64,000 nucleotides of DNA from Pirellulales bacterium (GCA_040901675.1 JBBDYJ010000031.1:185220-249219); one strand, 5' to 3'; positions 26,858 through 36,604 are shown, counted from the stretch's first letter. Translations and numbers: made by a program. Notes: generated by a model from the letters alone, not told the origin.

Positions 26858-29155
26858 TTGACCGCCAAACCGCATCTGCCCTACGTTGCTCCCCGCAAAA
26901 TAGGCCGGAGACCTGAGGCAGGAGGCCGGAAGAATCGACAAGGCGACAAGGGGACAGGGCGACAGGGCGATACGCGCGAGACGGCCAGAACTCTGGCGAG
27001 TCCTGCTACTGAGGCCGGAGGACAAATGACAAGCGACCCTCCTGTAAGGGGCTGCAAATCCGCCTCCGGCGGGCCTCCGCCGGCTGCCCTTCTGACTTCT
27101 GACTGGGCTGAAAGTCCGCCTTTGGAGGACCTTCTGCCTTCCGTTTTCCTCCTCGTCCTCAACTACAACGGTCGACAACTCCTGGCCCAATGCCTCCCCT
27201 CCGTCGTCGAGGCGGCACGGCTATCCAAACACCACTGCCGCGTGGCCGTCATCGACAACAGCTCGACCGACGGCTCGCTCGACTATCTGCGCTCCGAGCA
27301 CCCGGACGTGCAGGTCTTTTCACAACCCAACCGCGGCCTCTGCTCGTTCAATGAGGTCCTGGCCGAGCTGCCGGGCCGCGTGGCCGTGCTGCTCAATAAC
27401 GATATCAAGCTCGCCGCCGATGCAGTCGATCCTCTCGTCGAGCCGCTGATCGGCACGACTGGCCCCTGCTTTACGACGGGCCCCTGCTTCATGACGGCGC
27501 CCTTGTGCTGGCTGTTCGACGGCAAGACGTACGAGGGGCTCAAGACGGCGGTCGGCTGGCGCTGGGGATTGGTGCAGGCCACGGCCCGCTTCCCCGGCCA
27601 CGAGCCGGGCGCGCTTGAGGCCGGCCTGACCGCCTCGGCCGGGGCCGTGCTGGCGGTCGACCGCCAAAAATTCCTGGAGCTGGGCGGCTTCGATCCCTTG
27701 TATCTGCCCGGCCGTCTGGAAGACCTCGACTTCGCCTTCCGCGGCTACCAGGCCGGCTACCACGCCCGCTACGTGCCCGCCTCGGTCGCCTACCACAAGG
27801 GGCAGGCCAGCTTCGGCCAGGCCTACGGCCACGAGGGCTGCCACCGCCTCGCCCTGCGCAACACGCTCTTGTTCCAGTGGAAGAACCTGCGGCATCCGCT
27901 CCACGTCGGCCGGCACCTGGCGGCCCTGCCCCCGCGGATCCTCTTCGACATCGCCCGCGCCCCCTGGGCCCGCCCCGGCGCCCGCCTGATCTTCACCCGC
28001 GCGCTGTGCCAGGCCCTGCCCCGCCTGAGCGCCTGCCTCGCCAGCCTCTATCGCGCCCCCCGCGCGGCTGCCCAGTCGGAGCGGCTCTTCTTCCAGCGCT
28101 TCGCCTTCGCGCGGATGGCAGGAGCGCGCGAAGGGGGGAGCGGGGGAAGGGGGGAAGGGGCGAACGGACAGACCTTCAGCCTCCAGCCTCCAGCCTCCAG
28201 CCTTTCAGCGGTTCCGCCTGCGGCGGACTTTCAGCCCAGTTCCGCCTGCGACGGACTTTCAGCTCAGTCAGAAGTCAGTGGACACTGCGACGACGAGAGT
28301 CGTCGAGACGGGCTGGCAAGCCCGTCCTACGAGGAAGTAGGACGGCCTTCCCAGGCCGTCTCGCAGGCACGCTCCGCGTGCCTTCTGCCTTCTGCCTTCT
28401 GCCTTCTGCCTTCCTATCCCCTCTCCCGCTGGTACCTGCTCCCGGCGGCGGCCTGGCTGGCCGGCCGCCTGGCGGCCACGCGAGTGCGGCCCTGGCACAT
28501 CACGCTCGCCGGGCTCGTGGCGGCGGTATTGGCCGCGGCCCTCCTCGTCTGGCGGCCGGCGGCGGCCCACTGGGCGGCCTTGATCGTGCTCGTGGGCTGG
28601 TTCTGCGATCGTCTGGACGGCGCGCTTGCGCGGCGGCAGCAGACCGCTTCGCCCCGCGGCGCCTGGCTCGACGCCAACGTCGACGAGCTGGCCGATCTCG
28701 GCCTGCACCTGGCCGTCGCGGCCGCTGCCGCGTCGCTCACCGCTTCCGTCTGGCCCTGGTGCTGGTTCGTCGCCTTTTTGTTCGGCAAGTACCTCCTCAT
28801 GTACGGCCTGGCGGAGGAAGAGACGACAAGGCGACAAGGCGACAAGGCGACAAGGCGATCCGCCTCCGGCGAAATCGCGGCACGGGACGACGAGAGTCGT
28901 CAAGACGGGCTAGGAAGCCCGTCCTGCGAGGTAGGACGGCCCTCCCAGGCCGTCTCGTTCTCCCCTTGTCGCCTTGTCGCCTTGTCGCCTTGTCGTGCTT
29001 TGTGGCACTTGCCGGGCAACGCCGACGTGCGGCTGCACCTCCTCGTGGCCGCCTTAGCCAGCGGCTGGCTGACGGCCGAGCTGGCGCTGATCGCCGTCTA
29101 TTACAACGTGCGTTGGATCGCTCGCTACTCCCTCGTATTGAAGAGGCTCGAGTAG
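26858..29155 (+). CDS. GT2 glycosyltransferase fused to a CDP-alcohol phosphatidyltransferase, with in-frame repeat-derived inserts
   Basis: VLNYNG..DNSSTDGS..LLNND..EDLD, then DRLDGALARR..GAWLDANVDELAD. The true start is probably downstream of 27020. Confidence 0.8.
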   Translation: MTAKPHLPYVAPRKIGRRPEAGGRKNRQGDKGTGRQGDTRETARTLASPATEAGGQMTSDPPVRGCKSASGGPPPAALLTSDWAESPPLEDLLPSVFLLVLNYNGRQLLAQCLPSVVEAARLSKHHCRVAVIDNSSTDGSLDYLRSEHPDVQVFSQPNRGLCSFNEVLAELPGRVAVLLNNDIKLAADAVDPLVEPLIGTTGPCFTTGPCFMTAPLCWLFDGKTYEGLKTAVGWRWGLVQATARFPGHEPGALEAGLTASAGAVLAVDRQKFLELGGFDPLYLPGRLEDLDFAFRGYQAGYHARYVPASVAYHKGQASFGQAYGHEGCHRLALRNTLLFQWKNLRHPLHVGRHLAALPPRILFDIARAPWARPGARLIFTRALCQALPRLSACLASLYRAPRAAAQSERLFFQRFAFARMAGAREGGSGGRGEGANGQTFSLQPPASSLSAVPPAADFQPSSACDGLSAQSEVSGHCDDESRRDGLASPSYEEVGRPSQAVSQARSACLLPSAFCLLPSYPLSRWYLLPAAAWLAGRLAATRVRPWHITLAGLVAAVLAAALLVWRPAAAHWAALIVLVGWFCDRLDGALARRQQTASPRGAWLDANVDELADLGLHLAVAAAAASLTASVWPWCWFVAFLFGKYLLMYGLAEEETTRRQGDKATRRSASGEIAARDDESRQDGLGSPSCEVGRPSQAVSFSPCRLVALSPCRALWHLPGNADVRLHLLVAALASGWLTAELALIAVYYNVRWIARYSLVLKRLE
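28289..28360. repeat. REP doublet (gacggg..cccgtcCTAC / GTAGgacggcc..ggccgtc), copy 1
   Basis: Near-identical copy at 28886-28954. Confidence 0.85.
28822..28996. repeat. Composite palindromic insert: (gacaaggc)n arm, REP doublet copy 2, (gccttgtc)n arm
   Basis: Inverted tandem-repeat arms flank the REP doublet; the reading frame is preserved. Confidence 0.85.
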
Positions 29156-29282
29156 TTCCTAGTTGCTAGTTCCTAGTAACGAAGTCCCAAGCCCCAAGAA
29201 CTAAGAACCTGCAACCACTGACCACAGACCAATGACTTCTGACCTCTGACTTCTGACTCTGTCTTCTGTCTCCTGACTCCTG
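29152..29282. repeat. Mixed heptamer tandem tract
   Basis: tagttcc, ccaagcc, tgaccac and ttctgac units. Confidence 0.75.
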
Positions 29283-29284
29283 CC

Positions 29285-30229
29285 ATGATTTCCGCCGCCC
29301 TGATCACGCTCAACGAACAAGAAAACCTGCCGGCGCTGTTCGACACTCTCGGCTGGGTCGACGAGATCGTCGTCGTCGATGGCGGCTCGACCGACGCCAC
29401 GGTCGACATCGCCCGCCGCCACGGCGCACGCGTCTACCGGCGGCCTTTCGACACCTTCGCCCGCCAGCGGAACCATGCGCTGGCGCTGGCCCGCGGCGAC
29501 TGGGTGCTCTCGATCGACGCCGACGAGCGCCCGACGCCGGCCCTGGCCGCTGAGATCCGCGCACGCCTGCCGCACTGCCGCCAGAACGCCTTCCGAGTGC
29601 CGATCCGCAGCTCGATCTTCGGCCGCCCCATGCGTTTCTCCGGCACGCAAGACGACCGGCCCATCCGCCTCATGCGCCGCGGCCATGCCCGCTGGACGGG
29701 CGACGTCCACGAGGTCATCGAGTGTTCGGGCCGCATCGGCCGGCTGCGTGCCCCGCTGGAGCACATCACCTTGCCCGACCTGCAAGCCTTTCTTGCCAAG
29801 ATGGGCCGCTACACGACGCTCGAGGCCGCGGCCCGCGTGGCCCGCGGCCAACCGCCCACCGCCGCCGCGGAGTGGCTCGCTCCACCTCGCGAAGTCTTTC
29901 GCCGTTTGTTTTGGAAGCGCGGCTTTCTCGATGGCCCCGAAGGCTGGGCTTTCTGTCTCCTCAGCGGCCTATCCGCCTGGGTCCTCGCCCAGCGGCACCG
30001 CGTTGATTGGGAAGGGGGGAGCGGGGGAAGGGGGGATCGATGTGCCACTGCTTGGAGATTGCCGCCGTGGGCGGCATCGAGAAGCAGTGCTGGTGAGAAG
30101 CTGATGATCGACCATTGCAAAACGTGTTGCCAAAGCCATACGGCACTTCGTCCGCCTCCCGCGGACCTCGTCCTTCCGCCTTTCTGTCCCCCCTTCCCCC
30201 GATCCCCCCTTCCCCCCTTCGATCTATGA
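29285..30229 (+). CDS. GT2 glycosyltransferase (KdtX/WaaE-like); C-terminal tail derived from repeats
   Basis: ITLNEQENL, VDGGSTDAT, WVLSIDADER, GFLDG. Confidence 0.88.
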   Translation: MISAALITLNEQENLPALFDTLGWVDEIVVVDGGSTDATVDIARRHGARVYRRPFDTFARQRNHALALARGDWVLSIDADERPTPALAAEIRARLPHCRQNAFRVPIRSSIFGRPMRFSGTQDDRPIRLMRRGHARWTGDVHEVIECSGRIGRLRAPLEHITLPDLQAFLAKMGRYTTLEAAARVARGQPPTAAAEWLAPPREVFRRLFWKRGFLDGPEGWAFCLLSGLSAWVLAQRHRVDWEGGSGGRGDRCATAWRLPPWAASRSSAGEKLMIDHCKTCCQSHTALRPPPADLVLPPFCPPFPRSPLPPFDL

Positions 30230-31653
30230 ACGTTCCCTTGTTGCCGCTGGTTCTGGACCGTGTGGGATCAACGTTCCGCCGCGCGCTCGACCAGGAGGGA
30301 ATTCCTTGCGAGAGCTATGCTCCTGGGCCGCCCGCCGGCCGCTTCGTGCTCTACGACTCGCGCTGGGGACGCACGCCGCCGCTCGCCGATGGCCAGGTGC
30401 TGATCGACGTCCACCCCCTCCTGTCCGGGCTGGAAGCCCACCCCCTTGCCTCTTCAGCGCGCCGCGGCTGGCGGCTGGGCGAGCTGGTCGTGCAGGAAGA
30501 CGTGGCGCGCGTCGACCAGCGGGCCGTGCGGCAACGGCTGATGACCGCACTGCGGGCCGAGCTGGAGGCCGCCGGAGGCGTTTGGCTCAAACTCTCGGCC
30601 TTTCCCTTCCCGTACCAGAGCGCCTTCAACTTCCGCATCGACCACGATGAGTACGTCGAGCACGATTTCGACGCCACGCTCTCGGCGCTGGCGGGCCATG
30701 ACGGCGCCGTCAGTCACTACGTGTGTGCATCGACGCACGCCGGCCACCCGCGGGCCATGGCCCAGTTGCGCGGCCGCCACGTCGGCTCGCACGGCTTCTT
30801 TCATCACACCTATCTCGACCAGGCCGAGAACTACCGTAACATCGGCCGCGGCATCCAGGCCCTCGCCGCCGCGGGCCTCGAGCCCGCCGGCTTCGCCGCG
30901 CCCCACGGCCGCTTCAACCGCGGCCTGCTCGATGCGCTGGCCCAGTTGGGCGTCTCGCACAGCTCTGAGTTCGGCCTGGCCTACGACGACCTCCCGTTCT
31001 TTGCCGGCGAGCCCGACGTGCTGCAAATACCGATTCACCCCATCTGCCTCGGCATTGCCCTCGACGCGGCCCGCCAGAGCCGCGGCCGGGTCAGCGACGC
31101 CGCCGCGGCCGCGCTGCTCCGCGACCATTTCTGCCGCGTGGCCGAGGCCAAGCGCCAGGCCTGCGAGCCGATCTTTCTCTACGGCCACCCCGACGGCCGG
31201 CTGGGCCAACACCCCGAAGTCTTGCGAGATTTGTTGAGCACTGTGGCGGGCATGGCCGGCGTGTGGATGACCACCCTGGCCGGCTTCGAGGCCTGGTGGC
31301 GGGCCCGGTCCCGTGTGCAACTGCAAGTGTTCTGGCACGACGGCGATCTGAAGATTGTGGCCGCGGGGCGGACCGGCGGTTTTCGTTTCGGCGTCGAGCT
31401 CTGGCGAGGCCCGCAGGTGGCCACGGCGCCGATCGATGGCGACGTGCAGACCTTCTCGCCGCAGGCAGCCGCATTCCACTGGCGGCCCGCGCCGCCGGTG
31501 TTGGAGACCGTGGCGGTCGAGCAGCCCGCCGGCATGCGCGCCGGCCTGCGCCGCCAGCTCGACTGGGAGCGCGTGACCCCGGCCGGGGAGATATCCACCC
31601 GTACTTGGCGCGGCTGGGCCAAGCGCACCCTGCGGCGGCTGAGTAGTTCGTAG
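30226..31653 (+). CDS. Polysaccharide deacetylase-like (CE4/NodB-like) protein
   Basis: FRIDHD, SHGFFH, FAAPHG, YDDLPF, YGHP. Confidence 0.75.
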   Translation: MNVPLLPLVLDRVGSTFRRALDQEGIPCESYAPGPPAGRFVLYDSRWGRTPPLADGQVLIDVHPLLSGLEAHPLASSARRGWRLGELVVQEDVARVDQRAVRQRLMTALRAELEAAGGVWLKLSAFPFPYQSAFNFRIDHDEYVEHDFDATLSALAGHDGAVSHYVCASTHAGHPRAMAQLRGRHVGSHGFFHHTYLDQAENYRNIGRGIQALAAAGLEPAGFAAPHGRFNRGLLDALAQLGVSHSSEFGLAYDDLPFFAGEPDVLQIPIHPICLGIALDAARQSRGRVSDAAAAALLRDHFCRVAEAKRQACEPIFLYGHPDGRLGQHPEVLRDLLSTVAGMAGVWMTTLAGFEAWWRARSRVQLQVFWHDGDLKIVAAGRTGGFRFGVELWRGPQVATAPIDGDVQTFSPQAAAFHWRPAPPVLETVAVEQPAGMRAGLRRQLDWERVTPAGEISTRTWRGWAKRTLRRLSSS

Positions 31654-31815
31654 TGACCCGATTCATCGGGTCTGTAAAGCATCCGATCGGAGAGGATGAA
31701 TCGCGTGAAGACGAGTAAGGCGGACCCCATAAATGGGGTCACTACGAACGAGCTACCTCACGCGGTGCGTGAGGGCTACTTTACGAACGACCCCATAAAT
31801 GGGGTCACTACGAAC
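31647..31815. repeat. Three REP-like GTAG hairpins (gtagtgaccccatttatggggtc)
   Basis: 31647-31672 (forward); 31723-31749 and 31789-31815 (identical, reverse). Confidence 0.85.
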
Positions 31816-32913
31816 ACGAACCTGCGCGTCTTGCTGGCGGGCAAGCTCACGGCGCTGGCTGCGCCGGGCGGCGCGGAGACACAACTGCAGGCGCTCGCGC
31901 GGGCACTCACCGGGCTCGGCGTCGACGCCCGACCCTGGCGGCCATGGGAGGAACCGCTCCAGGCCGACTGCCTGCACCTGGTCGGCAGCGAGCCGGAGCA
32001 CCTCGACTTGGTCGAGGCCGCCCATCGCCGCGGCATGCCGGTCGTGCTGTCGAGCGTCGCCTGGTTCGACCTGGCCTCCTGCTGGCGCGAGCCCTGGCCG
32101 ATTGCCCACCGCTTGTGGTCCTGCGGCAAGTTCGTCGCGCGGGCCGCCCTGCCCAGGCTCCCGTCGTGGCGGAGGGCCTTGTACCAGGCGGCCGATCTCG
32201 TCCTGCCCAACTCGAAGGCCGAAGCACTCCAGCTCATCCGCTACTTCGGCGTTTCGCCTCGGCGGATCCGCGTCGTGCCCAACGGGGCCGAGCCGCGCTT
32301 CGCCCGCGGCGATCCAAAACCGTTCGCCACGCTGGTCGGCTGCCGCGGCTTTGTGCTCTACGCCGGCCGCATCGAGCCCCGCAAGAACCAGCTTGGCTTC
32401 TTGCGCGCCACGGCCGGGCTGGACCTGCCGGTCGTCGTGCTGGGCAGCGTCGTGCCGGGCCACGAGCCCTACCTGGCCCGCTGCCGGCAGGCCGCCGGAC
32501 CGCGCGTCAAGTTCATCGACCGCGTCGAGCGCGACGGGCCGCTCTTGGCCAGCGCTTACGCGGCCTGCGGCTGCCTGGTGCTGGCGAGCTGGTTCGAAAC
32601 TCCGGGCCTCGTCGCGCTGGAGGCCGGCATGTCGGGCGTGCCGCTGGTGCTGCCCGCGGGCGGCTGCGCCCGCGAGTATTTCGGCCGGCACGCCGGCTAC
32701 GTGACGCCCGACGACCTGCCCGCCATCCGCCGCGAGACGCTGGCGGCCCTGCGCCGCGGCCGCAGCAACGCGCTGGCCGAGCTGGTGCGGCAGAACTATT
32801 CCTGGACCGCGGCCGCCTTGGCCACCCGGGCCGCTTATTTGAACGCCGCTTACTTGAACACCACTTACTCGAACCTGGTGCAGCACTCTCCCTGCAGCCG
32901 GGCCGTCGCATGA
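31696..32913 (+). CDS. GT4 (GT-B) glycosyltransferase
   Basis: GRIEPRKNQ, ETPGLVALEA. The first ~40 aa come from REP sequence. Confidence 0.88.
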   Translation: MNRVKTSKADPINGVTTNELPHAVREGYFTNDPINGVTTNTNLRVLLAGKLTALAAPGGAETQLQALARALTGLGVDARPWRPWEEPLQADCLHLVGSEPEHLDLVEAAHRRGMPVVLSSVAWFDLASCWREPWPIAHRLWSCGKFVARAALPRLPSWRRALYQAADLVLPNSKAEALQLIRYFGVSPRRIRVVPNGAEPRFARGDPKPFATLVGCRGFVLYAGRIEPRKNQLGFLRATAGLDLPVVVLGSVVPGHEPYLARCRQAAGPRVKFIDRVERDGPLLASAYAACGCLVLASWFETPGLVALEAGMSGVPLVLPAGGCAREYFGRHAGYVTPDDLPAIRRETLAALRRGRSNALAELVRQNYSWTAAALATRAAYLNAAYLNTTYSNLVQHSPCSRAVA

Positions 32914-34253
32914 ACATGAACATGAAAAAATCGTTCGACAACGCCGGCAGTCGGCGGCGCAGCTCACCCGCGCAGCGGCGAACTCTGGGCTGCTACCGCT
33001 ACGTGCGGCTCCACTGGCGCATCCTGTTCGCGGTGGTCGATTGGCTGGGCTGCCTGGCCGCCAGGCTCGTGGCGCATCTAATGCACTCCGGCACGCCCGA
33101 GGCCGAACGCGCCGGCCCCGTCGAGTCCATCCTGCTGGTGCAGCTCGATCATATCGGCGACGCCTTGATCACGGCCGTCGTGCTGCCAGCCCTCAAGGCG
33201 CGGTTCCCCGGCGCGCGCATCGACGTACTGGCGGCCCAGTGGAACCGCGAAGTTTTTGCCGCCTGCCCCGAGATCGATCGGATCCACGTCTCACGCGTCA
33301 ACCGCTTTGCTCGCGGCCTGCGCCGTCATGCCTGGCTGGCATCGGCGTTGTGGTGGGGCTGGAAGCTGCGGCGTTACCGCTACGACCTGGCGATCGACGT
33401 CCGCGGCGAGTTCCCCCACGTTCTGATCGTCTGGCTGGCCGGAGCACGGCGGCGGCTGGGCTGGGACTGCGGCGGCGGCGGCTTCCTGCTGACCGAGCGC
33501 GCCCGCTTCTCTCCGGATCGGCCGGAGGTGCAGGCCCGCTTGGCGCTCTTGGCCCGGGTCGGAGTCGACGCGCCGGATGTGCTCGCCGGAGGCCCCTGGT
33601 TCAACCCACCGTCCGGCGCCGCTCGCAGGGTTTACGGGCTGCTGGTCGAAGCCGGCGGGCTGACAAAGCCTTGGTTCGTGATGCATCTTGGCGCGGGGAC
33701 CGAAGCCAAGCGCTGGCCCGTCGAACATTGGCGCGAGCTGTTGGGCCGCGTGATCCTGGAGTACGGCGCCCGCGTGGCCATCGTCGGCGGCCCCGGTGAG
33801 ACTCCGCTCGTGCGGGCCGTGACCCAGGGGCTCGATTGGCCGGGCGTCGTCGATTTCACCGGCCGGCTCAGCCTGGTCGAAACCGCCGCCTTGATCCAGG
33901 CGGCCCGGGTCTTCATCGGCGGCGACTCCGGGCCGGCCCACCTGGCCGCCTCGGTCGCAACGCCGGCCGTGGTTCTGTTCAGCGGAACCAACAGCGCCTC
34001 GCAGTGGCGGCCCTGGGGCGCGCGGGTCGCGGTCGTGCGGCACGACGTGCCCTGTTCTCCCTGCCACCGCCACCGCTGCCCGTGGATCGAGCACCCCTGC
34101 ATGAGCGGCATCTCGCCGTTGGACGTGATGGCATGCATCGAATCGCTCGTGGGCCCCCCGGCAACTACTCTGCCGCAACCGGCTCCCGCGGGTCCGGCGG
34201 CGCGCTCGGCATTGGCAGCCGAGCTGGCCAAACTCGCCAGGAGCCCGGCATGA
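32910..34253 (+). CDS. GT9 ADP-heptose:LPS heptosyltransferase-like
   Basis: LVQLDHIGD, KRWP, GDSGPAHLA, CSPC..C..HPCM. Confidence 0.9.
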   Translation: MNMNMKKSFDNAGSRRRSSPAQRRTLGCYRYVRLHWRILFAVVDWLGCLAARLVAHLMHSGTPEAERAGPVESILLVQLDHIGDALITAVVLPALKARFPGARIDVLAAQWNREVFAACPEIDRIHVSRVNRFARGLRRHAWLASALWWGWKLRRYRYDLAIDVRGEFPHVLIVWLAGARRRLGWDCGGGGFLLTERARFSPDRPEVQARLALLARVGVDAPDVLAGGPWFNPPSGAARRVYGLLVEAGGLTKPWFVMHLGAGTEAKRWPVEHWRELLGRVILEYGARVAIVGGPGETPLVRAVTQGLDWPGVVDFTGRLSLVETAALIQAARVFIGGDSGPAHLAASVATPAVVLFSGTNSASQWRPWGARVAVVRHDVPCSPCHRHRCPWIEHPCMSGISPLDVMACIESLVGPPATTLPQPAPAGPAARSALAAELAKLARSPA

Positions 34254-34474
34254 TCGCTCCGCTTGGCAACCCGCTCGACGACCCGGCCGCGTCAGAGCGC
34301 AACGAGCCGCTGGAAATCGCCCGGCAAATTGTGGCGGCCGCCCTATTGCCGCCCCCTCCAGAAAAGCCCGCCGCCCCGCGTGTGCCGGCCTGGCAGGCTT
34401 GGCTCGTGGCCGCCTGGATGGCCGTCGTCACCCTGGCCTACGGCCTGGCAATGACCGGCTGGTGGAAACCCTGA
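34250..34474 (+). CDS. Small single-pass membrane protein
   Basis: ATGA overlap with GT9; C-terminal TM helix. Confidence 0.55.
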   Translation: MIAPLGNPLDDPAASERNEPLEIARQIVAAALLPPPPEKPAAPRVPAWQAWLVAAWMAVVTLAYGLAMTGWWKP

Positions 34475-34518
34475 TCGGCTGGCGGAAAACTGTAACCGGC
34501 TGGTAGAGACCGTAACGG

Positions 34519-36438
34519 ATGCTCGAATCGCTGACATCGACTGTCGCCGTGGCCAGCATCGCCGCAGCGGCGTTCGGGCTGGGCCGCCCCCTGCTGCGCG
34601 GACTCGCGGTTGGCGACGACGACGCGCTGGCCACCGGCGTTTGGAGCGTCGCTCTGGGCCTGGTGTGCGGCGCCACCTTGCTGGCCGTGCTCGGCCTGGC
34701 GGGCCTCTTGTACAGGCCGGTAATCGCCGTCCTCACCCTGGTGGCCGGCGCGTGGGGCCTCGTCGAGCTGGTGCGCGCCCTGGAGCGCCAGCGCGACAGT
34801 CATTCCATCGAGCGCAAGCGCGCTACTCGTGCCCTCGAGCGCCAGCGCGGCAGCCGCCCCTTCGAGCCGCCGCGTGACGATGGCCCGCTGCCGCAGGGTG
34901 CGTGGTTACCTTACGTCCAGCTCGGCGTTGCGGGCCTGGCCGCGGCCGGCGCGCTGGTGGCGGCACTGGCGCCCCCCACGGCCGGCGATGCCCTCTGTTA
35001 CCACCTGGAATTGCCCAGGACCTTCTTGCGCGAGCACGCGCTGGTGTACCTGCCCGACAGCGACAACTGCACCTTCCCGCTCTTGATCGAGATGTGCTAC
35101 CTCTGGGCCTTGGCTCTGGACGGCGGAGTGGCGGCCCAGTTGGTCCATTGGGCCTTCGGCATCCTGCTGGCGCTGGCCACGACGGTCATGGCCCGGCCGA
35201 TTCTCGGCAAGGCCTGGGCCCGCTCGGCCGGCTGTCTCGTGCTGCTGGTGCCCGGCGTCACCAACCAGATGACGGCCCCGCTGAACGACGTGGGCCTGGC
35301 GGCCTTCACCACGCTGGCGCTGGCCGCCTGGTGGCGGGCGGCCGTCGATGATGAGGACTCTCGCTGGTACCTGGTTGCCGGCCTGGTGCTGGGCGGCGCG
35401 CTGGGTGCCAAGTACCTGGCGCTGGTCTTCGCCTTGGCGATGGCGGCGGCCGGCCTTTGGCTCTGGTGGCGGCATCCGGGGCGGCGCCGGCAGATGCTGG
35501 TGGGCACCGCCGGCATGGCCGTGATCGCCGTCAGCGTGTCGGGCCTTTGGTATGTGCGCTCAGCCTGGCACCGCGGCAACCCTGTCTACCCGTTTTTTCA
35601 CGAGCAGTTGGGCGGCCAGACGCCGCCGGATCCCGGCGACGGCAAGTTGGCCTTGGGCCGCAACCCGCTCGCGTTGCCCGCGGCGCCCTGGCAGTTGACG
35701 CTTTTTCCGGAGCGCTTCGGCGGCCGCGGCCATCAACTGGGCGCATTGTTTCTGGCGACGCTGCCCGCCCTGGTGGTATGCCGGCGGCTGCGTGGTTTGG
35801 GACTATTGTTGGGCATTTCGCTCGTCTACTTCGGGTGTTGGTTCCTGTTGCGGCAGAACGTGCGCTTCCTGCTGCCGTTGGTGCCGCTGGCGTTAGTGGG
35901 CGTGGCATGGTTCTGGATGGAGTGGCATCGGCTGCCGCGTCTGCCGGCCCTGTTCATTGGCGGCTTGACCTCGCTTTTGTTGGCCGTGGGGTTGTTTGCG
36001 GGCGTGCATCGCGCGCGCGGCAAGCTGGCGGTGGCGTTGGGTCGGGAGAGCCGCGAGTCGTATCTTTTGCGGTCCGAGCCGACCTACCGGGCCGCGTTGT
36101 ACGCCAACCTGGTGCTGGGCGAAGGGGCGCACATTTTGAGCCAGGAGCATCGCAGCTTTTATTTCCAGCCGCGTGTCACGCGCGAGAGCATTTACCGCCG
36201 CCGCACGGCGTACGACCAGTCGCTCGAATCCGCCTCGCTGTTGAGCGGCCGCCTGAGAGAAGCCGGTTTCACGCATCTTTTGTTGGCCGAGGCGGAGAAC
36301 GACGCCGGCGTCCGTTACAACGCGACGTTGTCGCGGCTGGCCGAGGCAGACGAAGAGGGCATACGTTGTTTGACCGAGTATCGTTTCTGCGACACCGACG
36401 GCGCCATCCGCCGCTACCGCCTGATGTCGCTGCGCTAG
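34519..36438 (+). CDS. Polytopic membrane protein, GT-C-like glycosyltransferase
   Basis: DALCYHL, GAKY, WYVR..GNPVYP and many TM helices. Confidence 0.75.
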   Translation: MLESLTSTVAVASIAAAAFGLGRPLLRGLAVGDDDALATGVWSVALGLVCGATLLAVLGLAGLLYRPVIAVLTLVAGAWGLVELVRALERQRDSHSIERKRATRALERQRGSRPFEPPRDDGPLPQGAWLPYVQLGVAGLAAAGALVAALAPPTAGDALCYHLELPRTFLREHALVYLPDSDNCTFPLLIEMCYLWALALDGGVAAQLVHWAFGILLALATTVMARPILGKAWARSAGCLVLLVPGVTNQMTAPLNDVGLAAFTTLALAAWWRAAVDDEDSRWYLVAGLVLGGALGAKYLALVFALAMAAAGLWLWWRHPGRRRQMLVGTAGMAVIAVSVSGLWYVRSAWHRGNPVYPFFHEQLGGQTPPDPGDGKLALGRNPLALPAAPWQLTLFPERFGGRGHQLGALFLATLPALVVCRRLRGLGLLLGISLVYFGCWFLLRQNVRFLLPLVPLALVGVAWFWMEWHRLPRLPALFIGGLTSLLLAVGLFAGVHRARGKLAVALGRESRESYLLRSEPTYRAALYANLVLGEGAHILSQEHRSFYFQPRVTRESIYRRRTAYDQSLESASLLSGRLREAGFTHLLLAEAENDAGVRYNATLSRLAEADEEGIRCLTEYRFCDTDGAIRRYRLMSLR

Positions 36439-36550
36439 GCAGCCCGATTCGCCAGAATTCGGGCCGTTTCGTTCGTCGTGTTGATGGAGCCGGATTCGCC
36501 AGAATTCGGGCGGTTCCACATGCAACCAGAACTCTGGCGAGTTCTGCTAC
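36438..36550. repeat. REP-like cluster (gcc(c/g)gattcgccagaattcggg x2; ccagaactctggcgagttctgCTAC)
   Basis: Related copy at 26984-27009. Confidence 0.8.
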
Positions 36551-36604
36551 TCCAGTTGCCATTGGTGATGCATAAGCCCCGTTATAAGATTGCCCCCTTG
36601 GGAC

